Shown here: positions 10,916 to 22,100 of the stretch, one piece after another
Numbering within the stretch: the stretch's first letter is position 1
Layout: each line of letters opens with the position of its first letter
From: Eledone cirrhosa
Lineage: Eukaryota
Assembly (NCBI GenBank): GCA_964016885.1
Contig: OZ024760.1
Coordinates: 496,001-560,000 of the forward strand
Direction: 5' to 3'
Length of the DNA stretch: 64,000 bases
Position numbers and translations under genes: made by a program
Notes under the pieces: generated by a model
Seen by the model: only the letters and a program-made list of their open reading frames with translations
What the model was told of the DNA's origin: nothing
Databases searched by the model: none

Positions 10916-13006
10916 ATGGCTACCAAAAAGAAATTTCATACGTCACTCCCACTCATTCCGTCTTCTTCTTCCTCAATCATCACTACAGCAGAGAGAAGAT
11001 TGTCTCTCTCCCTCCCTTCTTTAAATGTGTCTCTCTCCCTCCCTTCTCTTTCGCAAGTGACGAAAGAAAAGAAAAGTCTCGTGCAAAGCGTGCAAGGTTT
11101 CTCCACGACGACGACGACAGCGACGAAACAGGTGTGCGGGAAATACGAAAACCCAGTTCATTCGTCTGACGTCAGGAATAATAGCAGTAGCAGCCGTAAT
11201 AACAACAGCAACAGTGACAATGAAAACAACAGTAGCAGCCGCAACAGCATCACCAGCAGCATAAACAACAACAGCATTAGCAGCAGCAACACCAACAACA
11301 ACCACAGCAACAGCGGCGGAGGCAGTAGTCGTAGTACCTGCAGCAACAACAAAAGTACCAGCAGCTCTGACGACAACAACAACAGCAGAGAAAAACCAAT
11401 CTCATTTGCAGGTATTGCGAAAAATTTGGAAACAATCCTCATAACAAATGAGGAATTAGAGGAAGCGAAGAAGATGGTGACAAAGAACGGACACCGAGCA
11501 ATCTGCAAGGCAGCGAAAAATTTTTTCGAAACCCAAGAGCACTGTACGGTCACGTACCGTACAGTAAGTACAAAATCCCGTAGGGTGGAAAGAGCCACAG
11601 AGGCCCAAATACAAAAAGCCTTGGGGTATGTGTGGCAGAGGAAAACGCACATCACCCGAGGCAAAAAATACGCCACCGTAGACGTACTTTTTGCCACACC
11701 CCAGGAGGCAAAGGCCCAATCAGTAGTGACCCTAAGGAGCGAGGAAATGGTGTTGGTGCCCTCCTACTGCGGGCAAAAAATTGTGAGGGTCAAACTGACC
11801 CACGTCCCCCCCGGAATGACCCCTTCTTGGCTGGCCGCGTCTGTCCTCGTCGGAATCGAGGACAAAACAACTGTACTGCAAGTACAGAAAAAAGTAAGAG
11901 AAGATTGGGTCGGCTCCTCCATTGAGATGCTAATCCAAACCAACCAGGAGTGCATCGAAGCTATCCCGGATGTGATAGACTTCGATAACGGCACTCAACT
12001 GCCCATAAGTGTTGAGGGCAAACGCCCGAAATGCTTTCGCTGTGGATCGAAGACTCACCTCAGGGCCTTCTGCAACGAGAAGACCCTGAGAAAGGAGAAA
12101 ACCCCCCTCCTCCCGAATCCGGTTCCACGGCTACCAGCAACAGGACAAGCGGCAACCAGGAACGATAGGTCCGTGGCACCCATACCCACTCCACGGAAAT
12201 CAAAGACAGCAGCAGCAGTGGAAATATTAACAACAACAACAGCAATACCAAATGCAGCTGCAACAGAGACTCCAGTGCAAACATCACCAACAACAACAAG
12301 TGAAAGAGTGGAGCTGGTACCCCTCCCCGACCTTACAGAATCAGACATGGAGTGTGAGGTGGGAGAGGGATGGCAAAAGGTCTCAAGAAGGCACAAACGC
12401 AGAAGCAGCGCATCGTCGCCTTTGAAAAGGGAGGAAAGAAATGAGAAAAGGGTAAAGTCTACTGCAAAGAGACCCACAGCAGCAACACCACCAACACCAT
12501 CACCACCCACACCAGCACCACCATCACCACCGGCGACAACCCCACCGCCAACAACACCTTCAACACCACAAGCACCAACATCGCAAACACAACAACAAAA
12601 CACACACACCCAGCAACAACGACAAGAAAATAGCAGAACCACACCCCACCCCCAGAAAAACAAATGCACGGCAATAAACACACACAACAAGAAACTAATG
12701 ACTTACATAATTGAACACACAGACATTTCACAACAGGACTACATAATACCAGCACCAATCAAAACGCCAACTAACATAAGACTGCTAAAAATAGCACAGA
12801 AACAATACACAAACATTAAAACGAAATTCCCCAACGCAGTTGGTGATTTCAGGGACCTAGGAGGAACCATTAATCGAAGAGTATATTCAGACATTCTCTT
12901 AGAAGAGCCGACGACCAGCCGAAGGGACGATTCAACGGTCCCTTCACCAGACGATCAAGTGAAAAGGGATGTAAAAACCATCCCTCCTCTACCAAAAACA
13001 CGGTAA
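10916..13006 (+). CDS. ORF1 gag-like protein
   Basis: CCHC knuckle; intact; small in-frame indels relative to copy 2. Confidence 0.88.
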   Translation: MATKKKFHTSLPLIPSSSSSIITTAERRLSLSLPSLNVSLSLPSLSQVTKEKKSLVQSVQGFSTTTTTATKQVCGKYENPVHSSDVRNNSSSSRNNNSNSDNENNSSSRNSITSSINNNSISSSNTNNNHSNSGGGSSRSTCSNNKSTSSSDDNNNSREKPISFAGIAKNLETILITNEELEEAKKMVTKNGHRAICKAAKNFFETQEHCTVTYRTVSTKSRRVERATEAQIQKALGYVWQRKTHITRGKKYATVDVLFATPQEAKAQSVVTLRSEEMVLVPSYCGQKIVRVKLTHVPPGMTPSWLAASVLVGIEDKTTVLQVQKKVREDWVGSSIEMLIQTNQECIEAIPDVIDFDNGTQLPISVEGKRPKCFRCGSKTHLRAFCNEKTLRKEKTPLLPNPVPRLPATGQAATRNDRSVAPIPTPRKSKTAAAVEILTTTTAIPNAAATETPVQTSPTTTSERVELVPLPDLTESDMECEVGEGWQKVSRRHKRRSSASSPLKREERNEKRVKSTAKRPTAATPPTPSPPTPAPPSPPATTPPPTTPSTPQAPTSQTQQQNTHTQQQRQENSRTTPHPQKNKCTAINTHNKKLMTYIIEHTDISQQDYIIPAPIKTPTNIRLLKIAQKQYTNIKTKFPNAVGDFRDLGGTINRRVYSDILLEEPTTSRRDDSTVPSPDDQVKRDVKTIPPLPKTR

Positions 13007-13041
13007 GTGGTCTTTCCCATCTTTTCCACTCTATTTTAAAC

Positions 13042-16000
13042 ATGACCTCACTCAGAATAGGCAGCATAAATGCGCGTGGCTTGGGGTCGTCATGGAAGCA
13101 GGGTCACCTGCTCAACGACCTCAGGTCACTAAACATAGATGTAGTGGCCATCAGCGAGACCAGAATCTCCGAAGCACGGGCCTTCGCACCGATCTTCGGC
13201 GGCTACGATGTGTACGCATCTCCCAGCCGTCCTGGATCCGGTGGAGGAGTTGCTGTACTTTTTCGGAGAGGTTTGGATCTCGCCATACGGGCCATCTTCC
13301 TGGACCCAGAGGGTAAGCTGGTGGTGCTGGACGTGACCAGCGGAGACGGGCAATCTTTCAGGCTAGTGGCCGTCTATGCCCCGACAGGAGCAGGGCGGCC
13401 TGATTTCTTCCGGCGTCTGGAGACCTTTCTTGGAACGTCCCGCTCTTTAGTGTTAGTGGGCGACTGGAACGGGATCTTAGATGCACGCTGGGACTGTGTG
13501 GGATTAGCGGATAGGGGTGGAGGGTGCAAGAGCCTCACCAACCTGCTCAGGCGTTTTGAACTGTCTGACAGGTACCGATTGGATTTCCCGAATGTGCCAA
13601 TGTGGACTTGGACAAACCGCATAGGGTCATCCAGATCATATCTAGATAGAGTATTTTGTAGGGAAATAGATAGGTCTAGCATAGGCTGTCCACAATTCAA
13701 GATAGTCAGCTACACGGACCACAAATTCGTGACCTGTGTGCTTGACTTAGATAGGCTTCATAGACGAGGACCCGGCTACTGGAAGCTAAACGCGTCCTTA
13801 CCAGCGCGCAAGGCCTACAGAGACCGGATTAGCGAACTAGTTAAGCGGGCGTTGACGGGGGCCATCGTCAACAACAAGTGGTGGTTTGCTCTGAAAAGAG
13901 CGATTAGAATAGAATCGATTAGGTTTAGTAAGGCTTTAGCAATAGAGAAAAATAGAGCAGAGGGAGAACTAGTTAGAAAATTAGACGAGGCGCTTAGCAA
14001 AGGCATTGCGACCGACGTGCTTGCGGCGAAATTGGCCCTTGACCAATTCTTCAATGCAAAGCACGAAGGCTGCGTTGTCAGAGCTAGGGTGCGTGCTCTC
14101 AGACACGAGGGGACGAAAGCCGTTCAATGGGCCCGAGTGGCGGAGGCGCGTCGTGGCAACAAAGCCACGATCCGGTCTTTGGTGGACCACGACGGGCGCA
14201 TGCTACTCGATCCCGGGCAAATGTGTGAAGCTTTTCAGCGACACTTCGCTCAGCTGTTCGGGGGCAGCGGGGGGCCGGGTAGAGGGATGGACTTTAGTGT
14301 CTACCTCGACGGGCTGCCGCGGCTCTCGGCCACTGAGGCGAGGTGTTGCGAAAAGCCGATAACAGCCGCTGAAGTACGGGAGGCAATGACTGGCTGCACA
14401 AGGGGTAAATCGCCTGGTTTGGATGGTCTGCCCTATGAACTTTACGTACAGATGCCAGACTTGTTCGGAGGCCTCTTGGCGGACGTCTACTGCAACTGGC
14501 AACAGAACGGGAGAATTCCCAGTTCTGTGAGCCGAGGAGCGGTGGCACTGCTGAGAAAGGATCCGAACAAGGGGGATAACATAGACAATTTCCGGCCCAT
14601 AACTCTGCTAAACACAGAGTTTAAGATTTTGGCCAAGGTGCTAGCAAAGAGGTTGGCGCTTGTCGTTGGTGGTCTGGTGGGAGAGGCGCAGACATGCGCC
14701 ATTCCCGACAGATCCATCCACGACAACCTCCACCTCATGCGATACATCGTAGAGAGGGTAGCTAGGGAACCTGGCACGGGTGGGTCCTTGATCAATTTAG
14801 ATCAGTCGAAAGCTTTCGATAGGGTCGACCATCGTTACCTAGCGGCAGTCCTGAGGGCGGCTGGCTTTGGGCCCGTCTTCAGAGGCTGGATCGCTGCCAT
14901 GCACAGCGACATCTGCTCTGTGGTGAGAGTGAACGGTCACCTGTCGGAACCGTTCAACATCATGCGCTCGGTCCGCCAAGGATGTCCCCTCTCGTCCCTC
15001 TTGTACGTATTGACTCTCGAGCCATTACTGCACAAACTGGAGACGTTGAGGGGAGTCCCGCGCGAACTAGGATGCGGAAGATCCGTGTCAGCATATGCGG
15101 ACGATGTCACCGTAGTGGTGTCGAACGCCAAACACATCGAGGCGATCGGCACTACACTAAGAGAATACGAAGCGGTGACAGGAGCAATGATCAACCAGGA
15201 AAAGTCAGTGGGCCTGCAGCTCGGCACCTGGAGAGGCAGGTCCATGCCGTCCAACAGCGTCGTCGGGCGCTGGACGGACGGACCGGTTAAATTGCTAGGG
15301 GTCTGGTTCGGTCCGGACCTCCAGACGGACAAAAACTGGGACGAGGTGACGAGCAGGGTGGCTTCTCTCACCCAGAAATGGGCGGAGAGGAAGCTATCCC
15401 TGAAAGGTCGAGCGGAGGTGGCTAACGCGTACATCGCGTCTGTCATCTGCTACCGCCTAACCGTCGTACCTTGTCCTAAGCCTCGCCTGACTGCGCTGGA
15501 GCGTTTGCTCTTTCGCTTTTTGTGGAAGGGACGTGCTCCGATGGTCAGGCGGTCCATCTGTTGTCAACACCCGCTACGTGGAGGGCTGGGCATGCCGTGG
15601 CTGATGATGCGCAGGCACGCGCTCAGGCTACGACATCTCCACCTCTTCCTCGACGGTGATCAGGTGTGGTCGCCGTTTGCTAGACGCGTTTTTCCCCAGC
15701 TCGTTTCCTTGACGGAGCTGCAGTCCTGGGTCAAGCGAAGACCGAGAGGGAGCGCCTGGAGACTGGAATGTCTTCAGGCGCTCACAGCCCTCGACCAATC
15801 GGGCAATGTGATCGGTGGAAACTCCACCTCGGCGTTCTATAGAGGATTAGTGGAGGGGAAGAGCGACGACGTACTTGGGGAAACTCTAGGCGTCGACGAA
15901 AATCAACTAGCCAATCTCTTCGGAAGAACTTTCGGGCCAGGGCCTATGGACAACTTCCAGAAATCTCTGGCCTGGCAGTGCTACCGAGGAGCCTTGCCAG

Positions 16001-16461
16001 TTCGGGATAAACTCTACAGGCATGGAGGTGCCGTCAGCCGGGCATGTCCGAGATGCGCGCAGGGCGACGAAACCGTCCTGCACGCACTCGTCCAGTGTCC
16101 GAAAATTGCTGACTTGTGGGTTTATGTCGAACACCTGCTGTCGCGTTTAGGACGGATCCAGCTATCATCTGAGTCTATCGTGAGGATTGCCACGCCCTCC
16201 TCCTTTAGCCGGGAAGGGCAGGCAGTTTTTATCTGTCTGGTGGCCATGGCGAAAGAGATAGTATGGTGGACACGTTTGAAAGGGCTGAAGACGAGCACTT
16301 ACCTCTTCGGTGATGCTCTGATTGACTTTTTCAAATTTCATTTGAAAAGGAAAATCAGAGTAGAGAAGGAAGTGCTCTCTTCCCAGCATTTTGTTGAAAG
16401 ATGGGTGAGAGAAGCAAGAATGGCCCGAGTGAATGGGCCGACTCTGAGTATATATCTGTAA
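13042..16461 (+). CDS. ORF2 APE-RT-zinc finger, 1139 aa
   Basis: Intact; YADD and other motifs present. Confidence 0.96.
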   Translation: MTSLRIGSINARGLGSSWKQGHLLNDLRSLNIDVVAISETRISEARAFAPIFGGYDVYASPSRPGSGGGVAVLFRRGLDLAIRAIFLDPEGKLVVLDVTSGDGQSFRLVAVYAPTGAGRPDFFRRLETFLGTSRSLVLVGDWNGILDARWDCVGLADRGGGCKSLTNLLRRFELSDRYRLDFPNVPMWTWTNRIGSSRSYLDRVFCREIDRSSIGCPQFKIVSYTDHKFVTCVLDLDRLHRRGPGYWKLNASLPARKAYRDRISELVKRALTGAIVNNKWWFALKRAIRIESIRFSKALAIEKNRAEGELVRKLDEALSKGIATDVLAAKLALDQFFNAKHEGCVVRARVRALRHEGTKAVQWARVAEARRGNKATIRSLVDHDGRMLLDPGQMCEAFQRHFAQLFGGSGGPGRGMDFSVYLDGLPRLSATEARCCEKPITAAEVREAMTGCTRGKSPGLDGLPYELYVQMPDLFGGLLADVYCNWQQNGRIPSSVSRGAVALLRKDPNKGDNIDNFRPITLLNTEFKILAKVLAKRLALVVGGLVGEAQTCAIPDRSIHDNLHLMRYIVERVAREPGTGGSLINLDQSKAFDRVDHRYLAAVLRAAGFGPVFRGWIAAMHSDICSVVRVNGHLSEPFNIMRSVRQGCPLSSLLYVLTLEPLLHKLETLRGVPRELGCGRSVSAYADDVTVVVSNAKHIEAIGTTLREYEAVTGAMINQEKSVGLQLGTWRGRSMPSNSVVGRWTDGPVKLLGVWFGPDLQTDKNWDEVTSRVASLTQKWAERKLSLKGRAEVANAYIASVICYRLTVVPCPKPRLTALERLLFRFLWKGRAPMVRRSICCQHPLRGGLGMPWLMMRRHALRLRHLHLFLDGDQVWSPFARRVFPQLVSLTELQSWVKRRPRGSAWRLECLQALTALDQSGNVIGGNSTSAFYRGLVEGKSDDVLGETLGVDENQLANLFGRTFGPGPMDNFQKSLAWQCYRGALPVRDKLYRHGGAVSRACPRCAQGDETVLHALVQCPKIADLWVYVEHLLSRLGRIQLSSESIVRIATPSSFSREGQAVFICLVAMAKEIVWWTRLKGLKTSTYLFGDALIDFFKFHLKRKIRVEKEVLSSQHFVERWVREARMARVNGPTLSIYL

Positions 16462-16725
16462 ACTAAAGGTGGAAAACTGGGAGAGGGCACTTGCCTTGGT
16501 GGTCAGGGTCATTGTGGCTTTTTACTGGGCTTTCTCCACAAATGTCCCTCCGAAGTCTCCCCCCTATTGGGGAATTTTTCATTGTTATTTTCATTGTTAT
16601 TTTTGTTACATCCTCTATTTTTGTTTTTTTTTACACGCAGAAATGCCCATTTGTACCGTCCTGCATTGTCCTGCACTGTCCTTAATGTCTACTTTATGTA
16701 AACCCTTGTGGTTAATAAAGAAATC

Positions 16726-16742
16726 ATTATTTTTATTATTAA

Positions 16743-16779
<37 letters not shown>

Positions 16780-16780
16780 T
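16726..16780 (+). repeat. Interrupted (ATT)n spacer, copies 3/4
   Basis: Same atttttattattaatgtt interruption as the 2/3 spacer. Confidence 0.95.
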
Positions 16781-16993
16781 GAATGCCATGGTTGACGGAG
16801 GCTCGGCTCTGTAAGGTATAGTAATTTTTAACCGTTAAAACAATTGTAAATTGTTTAAAACTTGAACCAAATTGTTGATAAAGACACCCTCCTCCTCGTG
16901 AGAGGGGTCTTTCTGTCCGTTATTTGGCCCTTCGGGGTTAAATAACCAGTTATTGGGGTTTTGTACCCAAAATTTCATTTTAAACAAAAAAAC

Positions 16994-19090
16994 ATGGCTA
17001 CCAAAAAGAAATTTCATACGTCACTCCCACTCATTCCGTCTTCTTCTTCCTCAATCATCACTACAGCAGAGAGAAGATTGTCTCTCTCCCTCCCTTCTTT
17101 AAATGTGTCTCTCTCCCTCCCTTCTCTTTCGCAAGTGACGAAAGAAAAGAAAAGTCTCGTGCAAAGCGTGCAAGGTTTCTCCACGACGACGACGACAGCG
17201 ACGAAACAGGTGTGCGGGAAATACGAAAACCCAGTTCATTCGTCTGACGTCAGGAATAATAGCAGTAGCAGCCGTAATAACAACAGCAACAGTGACAATG
17301 AAAACAACAGTAGCAGCCGCAACAGCATCACCAGCAGCATAAACAACAACAGCATTAGCAGCAGCAACACCAACAACAACCACAGCAACAGCGGCGGAGG
17401 CAGTAGTCGTAGTACCTGCAGCAACAACAAAAGTACCAGCAGCTCTGACGACAACAACAACAGCAGAGAAAAACCAATCTCATTTGCAGGTATTGCGAAA
17501 AATTTGGAAACAATCCTCATAACAAATGAGGAATTAGAGGAAGCGAAGAAGATGGTGACAAAGAACGGACACCGAGCAATCTGCAAGGCAGCGAAAAATT
17601 TTTTCGAAACCCAAGAGCACTGTACGGTCACGTACCGTACAGTAAGTACAAAATCCCGTAGGGTGGAAAGAGCCACAGAGGCCCAAATACAAAAAGCTTT
17701 GGGGTCTGTGTGGCAGCGGAAAACGCACATCACCCGAGGCAAAAAATATGCCACCGTAGACGTACTTTTTGCCACACCCCAGGAGGCAAAGGCCCAATCA
17801 GTAGTGACCCTAAGGAGCGAGGAAATGGTGTTGGTGCCCTCCTACTGTGGGCAAAAAATTGTGAGGGTCAAACTGACCCACGTCCCCCCCGGAATGACCC
17901 CTTCTTGGCTGGCCGCGTCTGTCCTCGTCGGAATCGAGGACAAAACAACTGTACTGCAAGTACAGAAAAAAGTAAGAGAAGATTGGGTCGGCTCCTCCAT
18001 TGAGATGCTAATCCAAACCAACCAGGAGTGCATCGAAGCTATCCCGGATGTGATAGACTTCGATAACGGCACTCAACTTCCCATAAGTGTTGAGGGCAAA
18101 CGCCCGAAATGCTTTCGCTGTGGATCGAAGACTCACCTCAGGGCCTTCTGCAACGAGAAGACCCTGAGAAAGGAGAAAACCCCCCTCCTTCCGAATCCGG
18201 CTCCACGGCTACCAGCAACAGGACAAGCGGCAACCAGGAACGATAGGCCCGTGGCACCCATACCCACTCCACGGAAATCAAAAACAGCAGCAGCAGTGGA
18301 AATACTAACAACAACAACAGCAATACCAAATGCAGCTGCAACAGAGACTCCAGTGCAAACATCACCAACAACAACAAGTGAAAGAGTGGAGTTGGTACCC
18401 CTCCCCGACCTCACAGAATCAGACATGGAGTGTGAGGTGGGAGAGAGATGGCAAAAGGTCGTAAGAAGGCACAAACGCAGAAGCAGCGCATCGTCGCCTT
18501 TGAAAAGTGAGGAAAGAAATGAGAAAAGGGTAAAGTCTACTGCAAAGAGACCCACAGCAGCAACAACACCAACACCATCACCACCCACACTAGCGCCACC
18601 ATCACCACCGGCGACAACCCCACCGGCAACAACACCTTCAACACCACCACCACAAGCACCAACATCGCAAACACAACAACAAAACACACACACCCAGCAA
18701 CAACGACAAGAAAATAGCAGAACCACACCCCACCCCCAGAAAAACAAATGCACGGCAATAAATACACACAACAAGAAACTAATGACTTACATAATTGAAC
18801 ACACAGACATTTCACAACAGGACTACATAATACCAGCACCAATCAAAACGCCAACTAACATAAGACTGCTAAAAATAGCACAGAAACAATACACAAATAT
18901 TAAAACGAAATTCCCCAACGCAGTTGGTGATTTCAGGGACCTAGGAGGAACCATCAATCGAAGAGTATACTCAGACATTCTCTTAGAAGAGCCGACGACC
19001 AGCCGAAGGGACGATTCAACGGTCCCTTCACCAGACGATCAAGTGAAAAGGGATGTAAAAACCATCCCTCCTCTACCAAAAGTACGGTAA
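16994..19090 (+). CDS. ORF1 gag-like protein
   Basis: CCHC knuckle; intact. Confidence 0.88.
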   Translation: MATKKKFHTSLPLIPSSSSSIITTAERRLSLSLPSLNVSLSLPSLSQVTKEKKSLVQSVQGFSTTTTTATKQVCGKYENPVHSSDVRNNSSSSRNNNSNSDNENNSSSRNSITSSINNNSISSSNTNNNHSNSGGGSSRSTCSNNKSTSSSDDNNNSREKPISFAGIAKNLETILITNEELEEAKKMVTKNGHRAICKAAKNFFETQEHCTVTYRTVSTKSRRVERATEAQIQKALGSVWQRKTHITRGKKYATVDVLFATPQEAKAQSVVTLRSEEMVLVPSYCGQKIVRVKLTHVPPGMTPSWLAASVLVGIEDKTTVLQVQKKVREDWVGSSIEMLIQTNQECIEAIPDVIDFDNGTQLPISVEGKRPKCFRCGSKTHLRAFCNEKTLRKEKTPLLPNPAPRLPATGQAATRNDRPVAPIPTPRKSKTAAAVEILTTTTAIPNAAATETPVQTSPTTTSERVELVPLPDLTESDMECEVGERWQKVVRRHKRRSSASSPLKSEERNEKRVKSTAKRPTAATTPTPSPPTLAPPSPPATTPPATTPSTPPPQAPTSQTQQQNTHTQQQRQENSRTTPHPQKNKCTAINTHNKKLMTYIIEHTDISQQDYIIPAPIKTPTNIRLLKIAQKQYTNIKTKFPNAVGDFRDLGGTINRRVYSDILLEEPTTSRRDDSTVPSPDDQVKRDVKTIPPLPKVR

Positions 19091-19125
19091 GTGGTCTTTC
19101 CCATCTTTTCCACTCTATTTTAAAC

Positions 19126-22100
19126 ATGACCTCACTCAGAATAGGCAGCATAAATGCGCGTGGCTTGGGGTCGTCATGGAAGCAGGGTCACCTGCTCAAC
19201 GACCTCAGGTCACTAAACATAGATGTAGTGGCCATCAGCGAGACCAGAATCTCCGAAGCACGGGCCTTCGCACCGATCTTCGGCGGCTACGATGTGTACG
19301 CATCTCCCAGCCGTCCTGGATCCGGTGGAGGAGTTGCTGTACTTTTTCGGAGAGGTTTGGATCTCGCCATACGGGCCATCTTCCTGGACCCAGAGGGTAA
19401 GCTGGTGGTGCTGGACGTGACCAGCGGAGACGGGCAAGCTTTCAGGCTAGTGGCCGTCTATGCCCCGACAGGAGCAGGGCGGCCTGATTTCTTCCGGCGT
19501 CTGGAGACCTTTCTTGGAACGTCGCGCTCTTTAGTGTTAGTGGGCGACTGGAACGGGATCTTAGATGCACGCTGGGACTGTGTGGGATTAGCGGATAGGG
19601 GTGGAGGGTGCAAGAGCCTCACCAACCTGCTCAGGCGTTTTGAACTGTCTGACAGGTACCGATTGGATTTCCCGAATGTGCCAATGTGGACTTGGACAAA
19701 CCGCATAGGGTCATCCAGATCATATCTAGATAGAGTATTTTGTAGGGAAATAGATAGGTCTAGCATAGGCTGTCCACAATTCAAGATAGTCAGCTACACG
19801 GACCACAAATTCGTGATCTGTGTGCTTGACTTAGATAGGCTTCATAGACGAGGACCCGGCTACTGGAAGCTAAACGCGTCCTTACCAGCGCGCAAGGCCT
19901 ACAGAGACCGAATTAGCGAACTAGTTAAGCGGGCGTTGACGGGGGCCATCGTCAACAACAAGTGGTGGTTTGCTCTGAAAAGAGCGATTAGAATAGAATC
20001 GATTAGATTTAATAAGGCTTTAGCAATAGAGAAAAATAGAGCAGAGGGAGAACTAGTTACAAAATTAGACGAGGCGCTTAGCAAAGGCATTGCGACCGAC
20101 GTGCTTGCGGCGAAATTGGCCCTTGACCAATTCTTCAATGCAAAGCACGAAGGCTGCGTTGTCAGAGCAAGGGTGCGTGCTCTCAGACACGAGGGGACGA
20201 AAGCCGTTCAATGGGCCCGAGTGGCGGAGGCGCGTCGTGGCAACAAAGCCACGATCCGGTCTTTGGTGGACCACGACGGGCGCATGCTACTCGATCCCGG
20301 GCAAATGTGTGAAGCTTTTCAGCGACACTTCGCTCAGCTGTTCGGGGGCAGCGGTGGGCCGGGTAGAGGGATGGACTTTAGTGTCTACCTCGACGGACTG
20401 CCGCGGCTCTCGGCCACTGAGGCGAAGTGTTGCGAAAAGCAGATAACAGCCGCTGAAGTAAGGGAGGCAATGACTGGCTGCACAAGGGGTAAATTGCCTG
20501 GTTTGGATGGTCTGCCCTATGAACTTTACGTACAAATGCCAAACTTGTTCGGAGGCCTCTTGGCGGACGTCTACTGCAACTGGCAACAGAACGGGAGAAT
20601 TCCCAGTTCTGTGAGCCGAGGAGCGGTGGCACTGCTGAGAAAGGATCCGAACAAGGGGGATAACATAGACAATTTCCGGCCCATAACTCTGCTAAACACA
20701 GAGTTTAAGATTTTGGCCAAGGTGCTAGCAAAGAGGTTGGCGCTTGTCGTTGGTGGTCTGGTGGGAGAGGCGCAGACATGCGCCATTCCCGACAGATCCA
20801 TCCACGACAACCTCCACCTCATGCGATACATCGTAGAGAGGGTAGCTAGGGAACCTGGCACGGGTGGGTCCTTGATCAATTTAGATCAGTCGAAAGCTTT
20901 CGATAGGGTCGACCATCGTTACCTAGCGGCAGTCCTGAGGGCGGCTGGCTTTGGGCCCGTCTTCAGAGGCTGGATCGCTGCCATGCACAGCGACATCTGC
21001 TCTGTGGTGAGAGTGAACGGTCACCTGTCAGAACCGTTCAACATCATGCGCTCGGTCCGCCAAGGATGTCCCCTCTCGTCCCTCTTGTACGTATTGACTC
21101 TCGAGCCATTACTGCACAAACTGGAGACGTTGAGGGGAGTCCCGCGCGAACTAGGATGCGGAAGATCAGTGTCAGCATATGCGGACGATGTCACCGTAGT
21201 GGTGTCGAGCGCCAAACACATCGAGGCGATCGGCACTACACTAAGAGAATACGAAGCGGTGACAGGAGCAATGATCAACCAGGAAAAGTCAGTGGGCCTG
21301 CAGCTCGGCACCTGGAGAGGCAGGTCCATGCCGTCCAACAGCGTCGTCGGACGCTGGACGGACGGACCGGTTAAATTGCTAGGGGTCTGGTTCGGTCCGG
21401 ACCTCCAGACGGACAAAAACTGGGACGAGGTGACGAGCAGGGTGGCTTCTCTCACCCAGAAATGGGCGGAGAGGAAGCTATCCCTGAAAGGTCGAGCGGA
21501 GGTGGCTAACGCGTACATCGCGTCCGTCATCTGCTACCGCCTGACCGTCGTACCTTGTCCTAAGCCTCGCCTGACTGCGCTGGAGCGTTTGCTCTTTCGC
21601 TTTTTGTGGAAGGGACGCGCTCCGATGGTCAGGCGGTCCATCTGTTGTCAACACCCGCTACGTGGAGGGCTGGGCATGCCGTGGCTGATGATGCGCAGGC
21701 ACGCGCTCAGGCTACGACATCTCCACCTCTTCCTCGACGGTGATCAGGTGTGGTCGCCGTTTGCTAGACGCGTGTTTCCCCAGCTCGTTTCCTTGACGGA
21801 GCTGCAGTCCTGGGTCAAGCGAAGACCGAGAGGGAGCGCCTGGAGACTGGAATGTCTTCAGGCGCTCACAGCCCTCGACCAATCGGGCAATGTGATCGGT
21901 GGAAACTCCACCTCGGCGTTCTATAGAGGATTAGTGGAGGGGAAGAGCGACGACGTACTTGGGGAAACTCTAGGCGTCGACGAAAATCAACTAGCCAATC
22001 TCTTCGGAAGAACTTTCGGGCCAGGGCCTATGGACAACTTCCAGAAATCTCTGGCCTGGCAGTGCTACCGAGGAGCCTTGCCAGTTCGGGATAAACTCTA

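Larger units (their letters stand above)
10703..16725 (+). mobile_element. Tx1/L1-group LINE, full-length copy 3
   Basis: Same organisation and same 5' start as copy 2. Confidence 0.95.
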
